A stretch of DNA of 64,000 nucleotides from Escherichia phage vB_EcoM_C2-3: the sequence record OK076929.1; one strand, written 5' to 3'. Under the pieces are notes generated by a model, which saw only the letters and a program-made list of their open reading frames with translations, was not told the DNA's origin and made no database searches. Position 1 is the stretch's first letter. Each line of letters begins with the position of its first letter. This document shows, one piece after another, positions 35,661-46,587 of the stretch. The position numbers and the translations under genes are program-made.

Positions 35661-36676
35661 AAATTTTAAATTTAGGTGATTGGCATTTAGGCGTTAAAGC
35701 CGATGATGAGTGGGTTCAATCCATTCAGTTGGATGGAATTAAACAAGCAATAGAATATTCTAAGAAAAATGGAATTACTACATGGATTCAATACGGCGAT
35801 ATTTTTGATGTGCGAAAAGCAATCACGCATAAAACTATGGAGTTCGCTCGTGAAATAGTTCAAATGCTTGATGATGCTGGTATTACCCTACATACTGTTG
35901 TAGGAAACCATGATATGCACTTTAAAAATACTTTAACTCCAAATGCCTCTACTGAGCTTTTGGCTAAATATCCTAATGTTAAAGTGTATGATAAGCCTAC
36001 TACAGTAGATTTTGACGGATGTTTAATTGATTTAATTCCTTGGATGTGTGAAGAAAATACTGGTGAAATTCTTGAGCACATCAAAACTTCATCTGCTTCT
36101 TTTTGCGTCGGTCACTGGGAACTGAATGGATTTTATTTTTATAAAGGAATGAAATCTCACGGTCTTGAACCTGATTTCCTTAAGACTTATAAAGAGGTGT
36201 GGTCTGGTCACTTCCATACTATCTCTGAGGCTGCTAACGTCAGATATATTGGGACACCATGGACACTAACTGCAGGTGACGAGAATGACCCTCGTGGGTT
36301 CTGGATGTTTGATACAGAAACAGAACGAATGGAATTTATTCCAAACAACACTACCTGGCATCGTAGAATTCATTATCCATTTAAAGGAAAAATTGACTAT
36401 AAAGATTTTACAAATCTATCAGTACGTGTTATAGTAACTGAAGTAGACAAAAATCTAACGAAGTTCGAATCTGAACTAGAAAAAGTTGTGCATTCATTAC
36501 GAGTTGTGTCAAAGATTGATAACTCTGTCGAGTCAGATGACAGTGAAGAAGTTGAAGTTCAATCTCTTCAGACGTTGATGGAAGAATACATTAATGCAAT
36601 TCCAGACATCACTGATTCTGACCGTGAAGCACTTATTCAATATGCAAACCAGCTATATGTAGAGGCAACACAATGA
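35657..36676 (+). CDS. 47: recombination nuclease subunit gp47 (Mre11-like)
   Basis: 339 aa; phosphoesterase motifs LGDWHLG, GNHD. Confidence 0.9.
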   Translation: MKILNLGDWHLGVKADDEWVQSIQLDGIKQAIEYSKKNGITTWIQYGDIFDVRKAITHKTMEFAREIVQMLDDAGITLHTVVGNHDMHFKNTLTPNASTELLAKYPNVKVYDKPTTVDFDGCLIDLIPWMCEENTGEILEHIKTSSASFCVGHWELNGFYFYKGMKSHGLEPDFLKTYKEVWSGHFHTISEAANVRYIGTPWTLTAGDENDPRGFWMFDTETERMEFIPNNTTWHRRIHYPFKGKIDYKDFTNLSVRVIVTEVDKNLTKFESELEKVVHSLRVVSKIDNSVESDDSEEVEVQSLQTLMEEYINAIPDITDSDREALIQYANQLYVEATQ

Positions 36677-36936
36677 CTTTTGATGAATTTAAAAATGTTA
36701 TGATGAGTCAGCATTTTGAATGCGAAGTAAAAGATGATATTGGGCATAAAGAAATTATTGAATATTGGTTTGAACCGTTAGAGGTTGAAGATAATTGTAT
36801 TAAAAAGGTTACAGTCTGCACTGACTGGGCTGTATCTTTTAACTTCAACATTTTAGATAATGACACACCTAAATCATTACAAGATATGGCTGTATCTTGT
36901 ATTAAGGATGCATACTGTGAAGTTTTCGACATTTGA
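36673..36936 (+). CDS. hypothetical protein (87 aa)
   Basis: ORF track; ATGA overlap with gene 47. Confidence 0.5.
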   Translation: MTFDEFKNVMMSQHFECEVKDDIGHKEIIEYWFEPLEVEDNCIKKVTVCTDWAVSFNFNILDNDTPKSLQDMAVSCIKDAYCEVFDI

Positions 36937-37123
36937 CATTAATGATGAATTCATAGCAAATATTGATTATACCGAAGAAGATTCTAGATATGTTGGAATA
37001 ATTTATATCACATCAAAAGCAGCACAAGGTGTTGTTTGCATGGCTGAATTTGATGAATACTTTTTAGATTATGATGATATGATAGAATGGTCTAAAAGAT
37101 ACATTAAAAGGAATCTTTTGTGA
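36908..37123 (+). CDS. hypothetical protein (about 71 aa) whose N-terminus is duplicated in downstream HNH gene
   Basis: N-terminus FSTFDINDEFI; 19-bp ttgacattaatgatgaatt repeated at 36933 and 37136. Confidence 0.4.
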   Translation: MHTVKFSTFDINDEFIANIDYTEEDSRYVGIIYITSKAAQGVVCMAEFDEYFLDYDDMIEWSKRYIKRNLL

Positions 37124-37974
37124 AGAATTTTAAACTTGACATTAATGATGAATTTTTAATAAAGGAATTAGTTGAAAAATTAGCGTTGAGTGAAGAAGAC
37201 GCCAAGTCTTACATTAATTTTATTTCTATGAATTCAACTGTTAAAACTCCAGGTAAAACGGAAGCACATCACGTGCTTCCTAAATCAATATTTCCTGAAT
37301 ATTTAAAATCTACATGGAATTTAGTTAATTTAAGTCATTTTAATCATTTTAAAGCACATTTCTTATTAGCAAAAGGTAAAAATGGAAAAATGCTAAATGC
37401 TTTAAATAGAATGATGTCAGGAAAAACATATAAAAATTTATCTTTAGCCGAAGTTGATTTAATAGCTGCTGAATATAGTTTTATAAAACAAGATGTAAGT
37501 GACACAATATCAAAAAGGCTTCAACAATATTATTCAAATCCGCAAAATAGAAATGCTGCTAGAGAAAGGGCATTAAAATATTTTTCAGTAGCAAAAAATA
37601 GGAAAGATAACAAAGAAAGATTAAATAGTTTTAAAACAAAACAAAAAATTTCAATGGCTTCAAGGGAATGGTTTAATAACGAAGAAAATAAAATTAAACA
37701 CCAAAAGGCTGTTCGTGCTGCTTTATCAAAACCTGAATATAAAATAGCTATATCAAATTCAGTAGCTGCTAGTTGGAAAAATCCGGAGATTAGAAAAGCT
37801 CATATAGCATCTCGACGAAAAGGCTATCATTGGGATAATAAAGATAAATTGTATGAATTGTGGATATCATATAATCGTCCTAAACATGTGATGTTTAGGA
37901 AAATGTTAGTTAAGAACGGATATCCAATAGAGGCTTCATTACAGGCTTTAGTTAAAGAATTTTCTTCATTGTGA
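37120..37974 (+). CDS. free-standing HNH homing endonuclease
   Basis: HNH-like motif HHVLPKS...NLVNLSHFNHFKAH; GTG start overlapping upstream stop; between 47 and 46. Confidence 0.65.
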   Translation: MKNFKLDINDEFLIKELVEKLALSEEDAKSYINFISMNSTVKTPGKTEAHHVLPKSIFPEYLKSTWNLVNLSHFNHFKAHFLLAKGKNGKMLNALNRMMSGKTYKNLSLAEVDLIAAEYSFIKQDVSDTISKRLQQYYSNPQNRNAARERALKYFSVAKNRKDNKERLNSFKTKQKISMASREWFNNEENKIKHQKAVRAALSKPEYKIAISNSVAASWKNPEIRKAHIASRRKGYHWDNKDKLYELWISYNRPKHVMFRKMLVKNGYPIEASLQALVKEFSSL

Positions 37975-37989
37975 ACAATTGGATACAAA

Positions 37990-39672
37990 ATGAAATCATT
38001 TAAACTTAATAGAGTAAAATATAAAAATATAATGTCAGTTGGTCAAAATGGAGTTGACATTCAATTAGATAAGGTTCAAAAAACTCTTATTACTGGCCGA
38101 AATGGCGGTGGTAAGTCTACTATGTTAGAAGCCATCACATTTGGGCTTTTTGGCAAACCATTTCGTGATGTAAAGAAAGGTCAATTAATAAACAGCACAA
38201 ATAAGAAAGAACTTTTAGTTGAACTGTGGATGGAATATGATGAGAAAAAGTACTATATCAAAAGAGGACAAAAACCAAACGTTTTCGAAATCACCGTTAA
38301 CGGTACACGTCTTAATGAATCTGCCAGCAGTAAAGATTTCCAAGCAGAATTTGAACAGCTTATCGGAATGTCATATGCCAGTTTCAAGCAGATTGTTGTC
38401 CTTGGTACAGCAGGGTATACCCCTTTCATGGGTTTGTCGACCCCTGCGCGAAGAAAGCTTGTGGAAGACCTGCTTGAGGTAGGAACATTAGCTGAAATGG
38501 ATAAGCTTAATAAAGCACTAATACGTGAATTAAATTCACAAAACCAAGTGCTTGATGTTAAAAAAGATAGTATTATCCAACAAATTAAAATATATAATGA
38601 TAACGTTGAACGCCAGAAAAAATTAACGGGTGACAACCTTACTCGTCTACAAAATATGTATGATGATTTGGCAAAAGAAGCTAGAACGCTAAAATCGGAA
38701 ATAGAAGAAGCTAATGAAAGATTAGTTAATATTGTTTTAGATGAAGACCCGACTGATGCATTTAATAAAATCGGTCAAGAAGCAGTTTTAATTAAATCAA
38801 AAATTGACTCGTATAATAAAGTCATTAATATGTATCACGAAGGTGGATTATGTCCAACCTGCTTGTCACAATTAAGTTCCGGTGATAAAGTTGTTTCTAA
38901 AATTAAAGATAAAGTTTCTGAATGTACACATTCGTTTGAACAGCTTTCAACACACCGTGATAATTTAAAAGTTCTTGTTGATGAATACCGAGATAATATT
39001 AAAACCCAACAGTCGTTGGCAAATGATATTCGCAATAAAAAGCAATCTCTAATCACGACGGTAGATAAAGCTAAAAAAGTTAAAGCGGCTATAGAAAAAG
39101 CATCTTCTGAGTTTATTGACCATGCTGATGAAATAGCACTGCTTCAAGAAGAACTTGATAAAATTGTTAAGACAAAAACTAATTTAGTAATGGAAAAATA
39201 CCACCGAGGAATTTTGACTGATATGCTCAAAGATTCTGGTATTAAAGGTGCTATTATTAAAAAGTACATTCCATTATTTAATAAGCAGATTAACCATTAT
39301 CTTAAAATAATGGAAGCGGATTATGTGTTTACATTAGATGAAGAATTTAATGAGACAATTAAATCCCGTGGTCGTGAAGATTTTAGTTATGCTTCATTTA
39401 GTGAAGGTGAAAAGGCACGAATTGATATTGCTCTTTTATTTACTTGGCGTGATATTGCTTCTATCGTATCTGGTGTTAGTATTAGTACATTAATTCTTGA
39501 TGAAGTGTTTGATGGGTCATTTGATGCCGAAGGTATTAAAGGTGTAGCTAATATTATAAATTCAATGAAAAACACTAATGTTTTTATAATTTCGCATAAA
39601 GACCATGACCCGCAAGAATATGGTCAGCATCTTCAAATGAAGAAAGTTGGTCGATTTACTGTAATGGTTTAA
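37990..39672 (+). CDS. 46: recombination ATPase gp46 (Rad50-like)
   Basis: 560 aa; Walker A GRNGGGKST, coiled-coil middle, zinc hook CPTC. Confidence 0.9.
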   Translation: MKSFKLNRVKYKNIMSVGQNGVDIQLDKVQKTLITGRNGGGKSTMLEAITFGLFGKPFRDVKKGQLINSTNKKELLVELWMEYDEKKYYIKRGQKPNVFEITVNGTRLNESASSKDFQAEFEQLIGMSYASFKQIVVLGTAGYTPFMGLSTPARRKLVEDLLEVGTLAEMDKLNKALIRELNSQNQVLDVKKDSIIQQIKIYNDNVERQKKLTGDNLTRLQNMYDDLAKEARTLKSEIEEANERLVNIVLDEDPTDAFNKIGQEAVLIKSKIDSYNKVINMYHEGGLCPTCLSQLSSGDKVVSKIKDKVSECTHSFEQLSTHRDNLKVLVDEYRDNIKTQQSLANDIRNKKQSLITTVDKAKKVKAAIEKASSEFIDHADEIALLQEELDKIVKTKTNLVMEKYHRGILTDMLKDSGIKGAIIKKYIPLFNKQINHYLKIMEADYVFTLDEEFNETIKSRGREDFSYASFSEGEKARIDIALLFTWRDIASIVSGVSISTLILDEVFDGSFDAEGIKGVANIINSMKNTNVFIISHKDHDPQEYGQHLQMKKVGRFTVMV

Positions 39673-39684
39673 TTTATAAGAGAT

Positions 39685-39710
39685 TATGCTTTAATTTATT
39701 AGAGTATAAT
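39685..39710 (+). promoter_or_regulatory. MotA-dependent middle promoter candidate
   Basis: MotA box TGCTTTA at 39687-39693, 11 bp, TATAAT at 39705-39710. Confidence 0.5.
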
Positions 39711-39727
39711 CTCTATGGAGGAAAAAC

Positions 39728-39916
39728 ATGGAATATTCAACTGGACAGCATTTATTAACTTTTCCTGAAATAAAACGATATATTCTGAGAAATAATTTTT
39801 CTAATGAAGAGCATATAGTTACTGAATCTATGCTTAGGAATGCATTTAAAGCAGAATATACAAAAATAATGTCCAATAGAAATGAAGCTTGGACTGTTAC
39901 TGATTATTATGACTAA
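39728..39916 (+). CDS. hypothetical protein (62 aa; T4 45.2 position)
   Basis: ORF track; GGAGG SD. Confidence 0.55.
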   Translation: MEYSTGQHLLTFPEIKRYILRNNFSNEEHIVTESMLRNAFKAEYTKIMSNRNEAWTVTDYYD

Positions 39917-39925
39917 AGGTGTATT

Positions 39926-40315
39926 ATGACTAAAATTACTGTGAATTATACTGTTGATGTAAAAGATATTCAGCCAAAACACGTGCGTTCTGAATCAAAT
40001 CCACAAAACCAAAATAAAATTCGTCGAGCATGGGTTTTGTCTCTTTCTGATAACGCAATGGAAGTTATTCAGAGCAAAATTAAATCTGCACCTGCTCGCC
40101 ATGCGTATTATGAAGCCATCGATCGTGAAGTAAGTAATAAATGGATTGAACTAATGCGCAAACATACTACAGAATCTCTAAACGCCGGTGCTAAATTTAT
40201 TATGACTTCATGTGGTGAACGCCTTGAAGATGAATATTGTGGCAATGCAGATGAACGTCTGATTGTTGCCGCTCAAATTGTTGCGGAAACAATTGCGGCT
40301 GATTTTAATCGTTAA
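39926..40315 (+). CDS. rpbA: RNA polymerase binding protein RpbA
   Basis: 129 aa immediately upstream of gene 45 as in T4. Confidence 0.7.
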   Translation: MTKITVNYTVDVKDIQPKHVRSESNPQNQNKIRRAWVLSLSDNAMEVIQSKIKSAPARHAYYEAIDREVSNKWIELMRKHTTESLNAGAKFIMTSCGERLEDEYCGNADERLIVAAQIVAETIAADFNR

Positions 40316-40370
40316 TTGCTTTATTAAATTAGTTATAAAATTAAATCTCATTTGAATTGAAGGAAATTAT

Positions 40371-41057
40371 ATGAAACTGTCTAAAGATACTACTGCTCTG
40401 CTTAAAAATTTCGCTACTATTAACTCTGGCATTATGCTTAAATCCGGTCAATTTATTATGACTCGCGCAGTTAATGGTACAACTTACGCGGAAGCAAATA
40501 TTTCTGACGTTATTGATTTTGATGTAGCAATTTACGATTTGAACGGTTTTCTCGGTATTCTGTCGCTAGTTAATGATGATGCAGAAATTTCCCAGTCAGA
40601 AGATGGAAATATTAAAATTGCTGATGCTCGTTCAACAATTTTTTGGCCAGCAGCCGATCCGAGTACAGTAGTTGCTCCTAATAAACCAATTCCATTTCCG
40701 GTAGCATCTGTTGTTACTGAAATTAAAGCTGAAGACCTTCAACAACTGTTGCGTGTATCTCGTGGTCTGCAAATTGATACAATTGCTATCACGGTAAAAG
40801 AAGGTAAAATCGTAATTAACGGTTTTAATAAAGTAGAAGATTCTGCTTTGACACGTGTTAAATATTCTTTGACTCTTGGTGATTATGATGGTGAAAATAC
40901 ATTTAATTTCATTATAAATATGGCAAATATGAAAATGCAACCAGGAAATTATAAACTTCTGCTCTGGGCAAAAGGTAAACAAGGCGCTGCTAAATTTGAA
41001 GGTGAACACGCGAATTATGTAGTAGCTCTTGAAGCTGATTCTACCCACGATTTTTAA
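40371..41057 (+). CDS. 45: sliding clamp gp45
   Basis: 228 aa, recognised as T4 gp45. Confidence 0.95.
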   Translation: MKLSKDTTALLKNFATINSGIMLKSGQFIMTRAVNGTTYAEANISDVIDFDVAIYDLNGFLGILSLVNDDAEISQSEDGNIKIADARSTIFWPAADPSTVVAPNKPIPFPVASVVTEIKAEDLQQLLRVSRGLQIDTIAITVKEGKIVINGFNKVEDSALTRVKYSLTLGDYDGENTFNFIINMANMKMQPGNYKLLLWAKGKQGAAKFEGEHANYVVALEADSTHDF

Positions 41058-41060
41058 TAG

Positions 41061-41077
41061 AGGGCTTCGGCCCTTTA
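41061..41077 (+). terminator. hairpin (agggc-ttcg-gccct)
   Basis: UUCG-loop stem after gene 45 stop; modest T-run. Confidence 0.45.
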
Positions 41078-41108
41078 TAATTTACACTAAAACTTGAATG
41101 AGGAAATT

Positions 41109-42068
41109 ATGATTACTGTAAATGAAAAAGAACACATTCTTGAACAGAAATATCGTCCATCTACTATCGATGAATGTATTCTTCCCGCCTTTGATAAAGA
41201 AACCTTTAAATCTATTACAAGTAAAGGTAAGATTCCACATATTATTCTTCATTCTCCTTCTCCGGGAACAGGTAAAACAACCGTAGCAAAAGCATTGTGC
41301 CATGATGTAAATGCTGATATGATGTTTGTGAATGGATCAGATTGTAAAATTGATTTCGTTCGCGGTCCTTTGACTAATTTTGCCAGCGCCGCTTCATTTG
41401 ATGGTCGTCAAAAAGTAATCGTTATTGATGAATTTGACCGCTCAGGATTAGCAGAGTCTCAGCGACATCTTCGTTCCTTTATGGAAGCTTATAGTTCAAA
41501 CTGTAGTATTATTATTACTGCTAATAATATTGATGGTATTATTAAACCACTTCAGTCACGCTGCCGAGTTATTACGTTCGGTCAACCGACCGATGAAGAT
41601 AAAATTGAAATGATGAAGCAGATGATTCGTCGATTGACTGAAATCTGCAAGCATGAAGGAATTGCTATAGCTGATATGAAAGTTGTAGCAGCTTTGGTTA
41701 AAAAGAATTTTCCTGATTTTCGTAAAACTATTGGTGAGCTCGATAGTTATTCATCTAAAGGTGTTTTGGATGCTGGTATTTTATCACTGGTTACTAACGA
41801 TCGTGGTGCTATTGATGATGTTCTTGAGTCTCTCAAAAATAAAGATGTTAAACAGCTCAGAGCTTTAGCACCAAAATATGCAGCTGATTATTCGTGGTTC
41901 GTAGGTAAACTTGCTGAAGAAATCTATACACGCGTAACTCCGCAAAGTATTATTCGTATGTATGAAATTGTTGGTGAAAATAACCAGTATCATGGAATTG
42001 CGGCTAATACTGAATTACATTTAGCATATCTTTTCATTCAATTGGCATGCGAAATGCAGTGGAAGTGA
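41109..42068 (+). CDS. 44: clamp loader large subunit gp44
   Basis: 319 aa from MITVNEKEH; Walker [10 protein letters not shown]; ORF-track start 41094 trimmed. Confidence 0.95.
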   Translation: MITVNEKEHILEQKYRPSTIDECILPAFDKETFKSITSKGKIPHIILHSPSPGTGKTTVAKALCHDVNADMMFVNGSDCKIDFVRGPLTNFASAASFDGRQKVIVIDEFDRSGLAESQRHLRSFMEAYSSNCSIIITANNIDGIIKPLQSRCRVITFGQPTDEDKIEMMKQMIRRLTEICKHEGIAIADMKVVAALVKKNFPDFRKTIGELDSYSSKGVLDAGILSLVTNDRGAIDDVLESLKNKDVKQLRALAPKYAADYSWFVGKLAEEIYTRVTPQSIIRMYEIVGENNQYHGIAANTELHLAYLFIQLACEMQWK

Positions 42069-42069
42069 T

Positions 42070-42633
42070 ATGAGCTTATTTGAAGATGATATTCAATTAA
42101 ACGAGCATCAAGTTGCTTGGTATTCAAAAGATTGGACAGCTGTCCAATCTGCTGCTGATTCTTTCAAGGAAAAAGCTGAAAATGAATTTTTTGAAATAAT
42201 TGGAGCTATTAATAATAAAACTAAATGCTCTATTGCTCAAAAAGATTATTCAAAATACATGGTTGAGAACGCATTATCACAATTTCCTGAATGCATGCCA
42301 GCTGTATATGCTATGAATTTAATTGGATCAGGTTTAAGCGATGAAGCCCATTTTAATTATCTAATGGCTGCTGTTCCTCGGGGTAAAAGATATGGTAAAT
42401 GGGCAAAACTGGTCGAAGATTCTACTGAAGTATTGATTATTAAGTTACTTGCTAAGCGGTATCAAGTTAATACAAATGATGCAATTAACTATAAATCAAT
42501 TCTTACTAAAAACGGAAAACTACCTTTAGTATTAAAAGAACTAAAAGGTTTAGTCACGGATGATTTTTTGAAAGAAGTGACTAAGAACGTAAAAGAACAG
42601 AAACAACTCAAAAAACTAGCATTGGAATGGTAA
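42070..42633 (+). CDS. 62: clamp loader small subunit gp62
   Basis: 187 aa, position and sequence as T4 gp62. Confidence 0.9.
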   Translation: MSLFEDDIQLNEHQVAWYSKDWTAVQSAADSFKEKAENEFFEIIGAINNKTKCSIAQKDYSKYMVENALSQFPECMPAVYAMNLIGSGLSDEAHFNYLMAAVPRGKRYGKWAKLVEDSTEVLIIKLLAKRYQVNTNDAINYKSILTKNGKLPLVLKELKGLVTDDFLKEVTKNVKEQKQLKKLALEW

Positions 42634-42634
42634 A

Positions 42635-43003
42635 ATGATTGAAATTACTCTTAAAAAACCTGAAGATTTTCTGAAAGTAAAAGAAACTTTGACTCGTATG
42701 GGAATTGCTAATAATAAAGATAAAGTTCTGTATCAGTCCTGTCATATTCTTCAGAAAAAAGGACTATACTATATCGTTCATTTTAAAGAAATGCTTCGTA
42801 TGGATGGTCGCCAAGTTGAAATGACAGAAGAAGATGAAGTTCGTCGTGATTCGATTGCATGGCTGTTAGAAGATTGGGGACTGATTGAAATCGTTCCTGG
42901 TCAAAGAACTTTTATGAAAGATTTAACTAATAACTTCCGAGTTATTTCTTTTAAACAAAAACATGAATGGAAACTCGTTCCTAAATATACGATTGGTAAT
43001 TAA
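42635..43003 (+). CDS. regA: translational repressor RegA
   Basis: 122 aa, recognised as T4 RegA. Confidence 0.95.
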   Translation: MIEITLKKPEDFLKVKETLTRMGIANNKDKVLYQSCHILQKKGLYYIVHFKEMLRMDGRQVEMTEEDEVRRDSIAWLLEDWGLIEIVPGQRTFMKDLTNNFRVISFKQKHEWKLVPKYTIGN

Positions 43004-43005
43004 GC

Positions 43006-43023
43006 AAGGGGCTTCGGCCCCTT
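43006..43023 (+). terminator. hairpin (aagggg-cttcg-gcccctt)
   Basis: UUCG-loop stem after regA. Confidence 0.45.
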
Positions 43024-43081
43024 AATTGGAGTATAATATATCAAGAGCCTAATAACTCGGGCTATAAACTAAGGAATATCT

Positions 43082-45778
43082 ATGAAAGAATTTTATATCT
43101 CTATCGAAACAGTCGGAAATAACATTGTTGAACGTTATATTGATGAAAATGGAAAGGAACGTACTCGCGAAGTAGAATATCTTCCGACTATGTTTAGGCA
43201 TTGTAAGGAAGAGTCAAAGTACAAAGACATCTATGGTAAAAATTGCGCTCCTCAAAAATTTCCATCAATGAAAGATGCTCGAGATTGGATGAAGCGAATG
43301 GAAGACATCGGTCTCGAAGCTCTTGGTATGAACGATTTTAAACTCGCTTATATCAGTGATACGTATGGTTCAGAAATTGTTTATGACCGAAAATTTGTTC
43401 GTGTAGCTAACTGTGACATTGAGGTTACTGGTGATAAATTTCCTGATCCAATGAAAGCTGAATATGAAATTGATGCTATCACTCATTATGATTCAATTGA
43501 TGATCGTTTTTATGTTTTCGACCTTTTGAATTCAATGTACGGTTCAGTATCAAAATGGGATGCAAAGTTAGCTGCTAAGCTTGACTGTGAAGGTGGTGAT
43601 GAAGTTCCTCAAGAAATTCTTGACCGAGTAATTTATATGCCATTTGATAATGAGCGTGATATGCTCATGGAATATATTAATCTCTGGGAACAGAAACGAC
43701 CTGCTATTTTTACCGGTTGGAATATTGAGGGATTTGACGTTCCGTATATCATGAATCGTGTTAAAATGGTTCTCGGTGAACGTAGTATGAAACGCTTCTC
43801 TCCAATCGGTCGAGTAAAATCTAAACTAATTCAAAATGTGTACGGTAGCAAAGAAATTTATTCTATTGATGGCGTATCTATTCTTGATTATTTAGATTTG
43901 TATAAGAAATTCGCATTTACTAATTTGCCGTCATTCTCTTTGGAATCAGTTGCTCAGCATGAAACCAAAAAAGGTAAATTACCGTACGATGGTCCTATTA
44001 ATAAACTTCGTGAGACTAATCATCAGCGATACATTAGTTATAACATCATTGACGTAGAATCAGTTCAAGCAATTGATAAAATTCGCGGGTTTATCGATCT
44101 AGTTTTAAGTATGTCTTATTACGCTAAAATGCCTTTTTCTGGTGTAATGAGTCCTATTAAAACTTGGGATGCTATTATTTTTAACTCATTGAAAGGTGAA
44201 CATAAGGTTATTCCTCAACAAGGTTCGCATGTTAAACAGAGTTTTCCGGGTGCATTTGTGTTTGAACCTAAACCAATTGCTCGTCGATATATTATGAGTT
44301 TTGACTTGACGTCTCTGTATCCGAGCATTATTCGTCAGGTTAACATTAGTCCTGAGACTATTCGTGGACAATTTAAAGTTCATCCAATTCATGAATATAT
44401 CGCAGGAACAGCTCCTAAGCCAAGTGAAGAATATTCTTGTTCTCCGAATGGATGGATGTATGATAAGCATCAAGAAGGTATCATTCCAAAGGAAATCGCT
44501 AAAGTATTTTTCCAGCGTAAAGACTGGAAAAAGAAAATGTTCGCTGAAGAAATGAATGCCGAAGCTATTAAAAAGATTATTATGAAAGGCGCAGGGTCTT
44601 GTTCAACTAAACCTGAAGTTGAACGATATGTTAAGTTCAGTGATGATTTCTTAAATGAACTATCGAATTATACTGAATCTGTTCTCAATAGTCTGATTGA
44701 AGAATGTGAAAAAGCTGCTACACTTGCTAATACAAATCAGCTGAACCGTAAAATTCTCATTAACAGTCTTTATGGCGCTCTTGGTAATATTCATTTCCGT
44801 TACTATGATTTGCGAAATGCTACTGCTATCACAATTTTCGGCCAAGTTGGTATTCAGTGGATTGCTCGTAAAATTAATGAATATCTGAATAAAGTATGCG
44901 GAACTAATGGTGAAGATTTCATCGCAGCAGGTGATACTGATTCGGTATATGTTTGTGTAGATAAAGTTATTGAAAAAGTTGGTCTTGACCGATTCAAAGA
45001 GCAGAACGATTTAGTTGAATTCATGAATCAGTTCGGTAAGAAAAAGATGGAACCTATGATTGATGTTGCATATCGTGAGTTATGTGATTATATGAATAAC
45101 CGCGAGCATCTGATGCATATGGACCGTGAAGCTATTTCTTGCCCTCCACTTGGTTCAAAGGGTGTTGGTGGATTTTGGAAAGCGAAAAAGCGTTATGCTC
45201 TGAACGTTTATGATATGGAAGATAAACGATTTGCTGAACCGCATCTAAAAATCATGGGTATGGAAACTCAGCAGAGTTCAACACCAAAAGCAGTGCAAGA
45301 AGCTCTCGAAGAAAGTATTCGTCGTATTCTTCAAGAAGGTGAAGAGTCTGTCCAAGAATACTACAAGAACTTCGAGAAAGAATATCGTCAACTTGACTAT
45401 AAAGTTATTGCTGAAGTAAAAACCGCGAACGATATAGCGAAATATGATGATAAAGGTTGGCCAGGGTTTAAATGCCCGTTCCATATTCGCGGTGTGCTAA
45501 CTTATCGTCGAGCTGTTAGTGGTCTGGGTGTAGCTCCAATTTTGGATGGAAATAAGGTAATGGTTCTTCCATTACGTGAAGGAAATCCATTTGGTGACAA
45601 GTGTATTGCTTGGCCGTCGGGCACAGAACTTCCAAAAGAAATTCGTTCTGACGTACTGTCTTGGATTGACTACTCAACTTTGTTCCAAAAATCGTTTGTT
45701 AAACCGCTTGCGGGTATGTGTGAATCGGCTGGTATGGACTATGAAGAAAAAGCTTCGTTAGACTTCCTGTTTGGCTGA
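43082..45778 (+). CDS. 43: DNA polymerase gp43 (family B)
   Basis: 898 aa; exonuclease and polymerase motifs (DTDS), recognised as T4 gp43. Confidence 0.97.
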   Translation: MKEFYISIETVGNNIVERYIDENGKERTREVEYLPTMFRHCKEESKYKDIYGKNCAPQKFPSMKDARDWMKRMEDIGLEALGMNDFKLAYISDTYGSEIVYDRKFVRVANCDIEVTGDKFPDPMKAEYEIDAITHYDSIDDRFYVFDLLNSMYGSVSKWDAKLAAKLDCEGGDEVPQEILDRVIYMPFDNERDMLMEYINLWEQKRPAIFTGWNIEGFDVPYIMNRVKMVLGERSMKRFSPIGRVKSKLIQNVYGSKEIYSIDGVSILDYLDLYKKFAFTNLPSFSLESVAQHETKKGKLPYDGPINKLRETNHQRYISYNIIDVESVQAIDKIRGFIDLVLSMSYYAKMPFSGVMSPIKTWDAIIFNSLKGEHKVIPQQGSHVKQSFPGAFVFEPKPIARRYIMSFDLTSLYPSIIRQVNISPETIRGQFKVHPIHEYIAGTAPKPSEEYSCSPNGWMYDKHQEGIIPKEIAKVFFQRKDWKKKMFAEEMNAEAIKKIIMKGAGSCSTKPEVERYVKFSDDFLNELSNYTESVLNSLIEECEKAATLANTNQLNRKILINSLYGALGNIHFRYYDLRNATAITIFGQVGIQWIARKINEYLNKVCGTNGEDFIAAGDTDSVYVCVDKVIEKVGLDRFKEQNDLVEFMNQFGKKKMEPMIDVAYRELCDYMNNREHLMHMDREAISCPPLGSKGVGGFWKAKKRYALNVYDMEDKRFAEPHLKIMGMETQQSSTPKAVQEALEESIRRILQEGEESVQEYYKNFEKEYRQLDYKVIAEVKTANDIAKYDDKGWPGFKCPFHIRGVLTYRRAVSGLGVAPILDGNKVMVLPLREGNPFGDKCIAWPSGTELPKEIRSDVLSWIDYSTLFQKSFVKPLAGMCESAGMDYEEKASLDFLFG

Positions 45779-45790
45779 TAGAATAAATCT

Positions 45791-45812
45791 AGGGACCTCC
45801 GGGTCCCTTTTT
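45791..45812 (+). terminator. intrinsic terminator (agggacc-tccg-ggtccct + TTTTT)
   Basis: 7-bp stem, T-run. Confidence 0.65.
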
Positions 45813-45895
45813 CATACAAGTAATATAAATCTATACTTATGAAAAACAGATGATTCTGGACCTTTAGAATTCCCTAAAAAATTTTTCACAAAACT

Positions 45896-45925
45896 GTTTA
45901 CAAGACTGTTCCTCTGTGGTACTAT
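45896..45925 (+). promoter_or_regulatory. early promoter (repeat cassette)
   Basis: ttttcacaaaactgtttacaagactgttcctctgtggtactatacaactatcaacta; near-identical to 2644-2700 and 19201-19245. Confidence 0.55.
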
Positions 45926-45959
45926 ACAACTATCAACTAATACGGATTTGGAGAATAAA

Positions 45960-46196
45960 ATGAAAATTGTTATGGGATGCTTAGCAGTTTGTTTAGTTGC
46001 ATTAGTAGCAGTTCCATTTGTTAGTGTTGAAAATGATACTCAACCTGTGATTAAATCTAGCACCGTTATTCACACTAATGGTAAAATATCAGTTAAAATT
46101 GATGATAATCTTCATGTGAATACAAATGGATCTTTAGGTGTGCAAATGGGTAATACCTGCATAAGCACTACTGGAGTAATTACTACTTGCATTTGA
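45960..46196 (+). CDS. hypothetical secreted/membrane protein (about 78 aa)
   Basis: Start moved to MKIVMG after GGAG; N-terminal hydrophobic signal-like segment. Confidence 0.5.
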   Translation: MKIVMGCLAVCLVALVAVPFVSVENDTQPVIKSSTVIHTNGKISVKIDDNLHVNTNGSLGVQMGNTCISTTGVITTCI

Positions 46197-46206
46197 GGAA
46201 ATTATT

Positions 46207-46587
46207 ATGAAAATCGCTATTTTGGTTATTGCATTAGGTCTTACTGGTTGTGTAGCTCAAGGACCGGTAGTAAATCAGTCTGATGTAGGAAAAATTGTAA
46301 ACTGTTCAAGCAAGTTTTATAATCCTAATGTCAAGTGTTATAAAGAAGCTCCAAAACAGACAGTAGAACAAATGCAGGCGAATTTTGACGAGGCTATTCG
46401 TCCAGATGAATCTGCTCAAGCATATCGTAATTCTGATGTAATTACACGCGAAGAAAAAATTGAAAACTACTGCGCCGAGCTTTGGGCAAATTGGGCTAAT
46501 AATTACCAATGGCGTACCGGTAAAAATGCTCCGATGGAGTATGTAGTGAATTCTTATAATTCATGTGTAAAAAATTTGACTAAGTGA
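46207..46587 (+). CDS. putative lipoprotein (126 aa)
   Basis: Signal peptide with lipobox LTGC; several Cys in mature part. Confidence 0.55.
   Translation: MKIAILVIALGLTGCVAQGPVVNQSDVGKIVNCSSKFYNPNVKCYKEAPKQTVEQMQANFDEAIRPDESAQAYRNSDVITREEKIENYCAELWANWANNYQWRTGKNAPMEYVVNSYNSCVKNLTK

Noticed and set aside
44186-44473. Minus-strand ORFs inside gene 43 (also 44660..44845, 45278..45484) and inside genes 46 and 45 (38253..38636, 40632..41048)
   Set aside because: Fully embedded antisense in long, well-recognised genes; AT-rich genomes generate such ORFs by chance.
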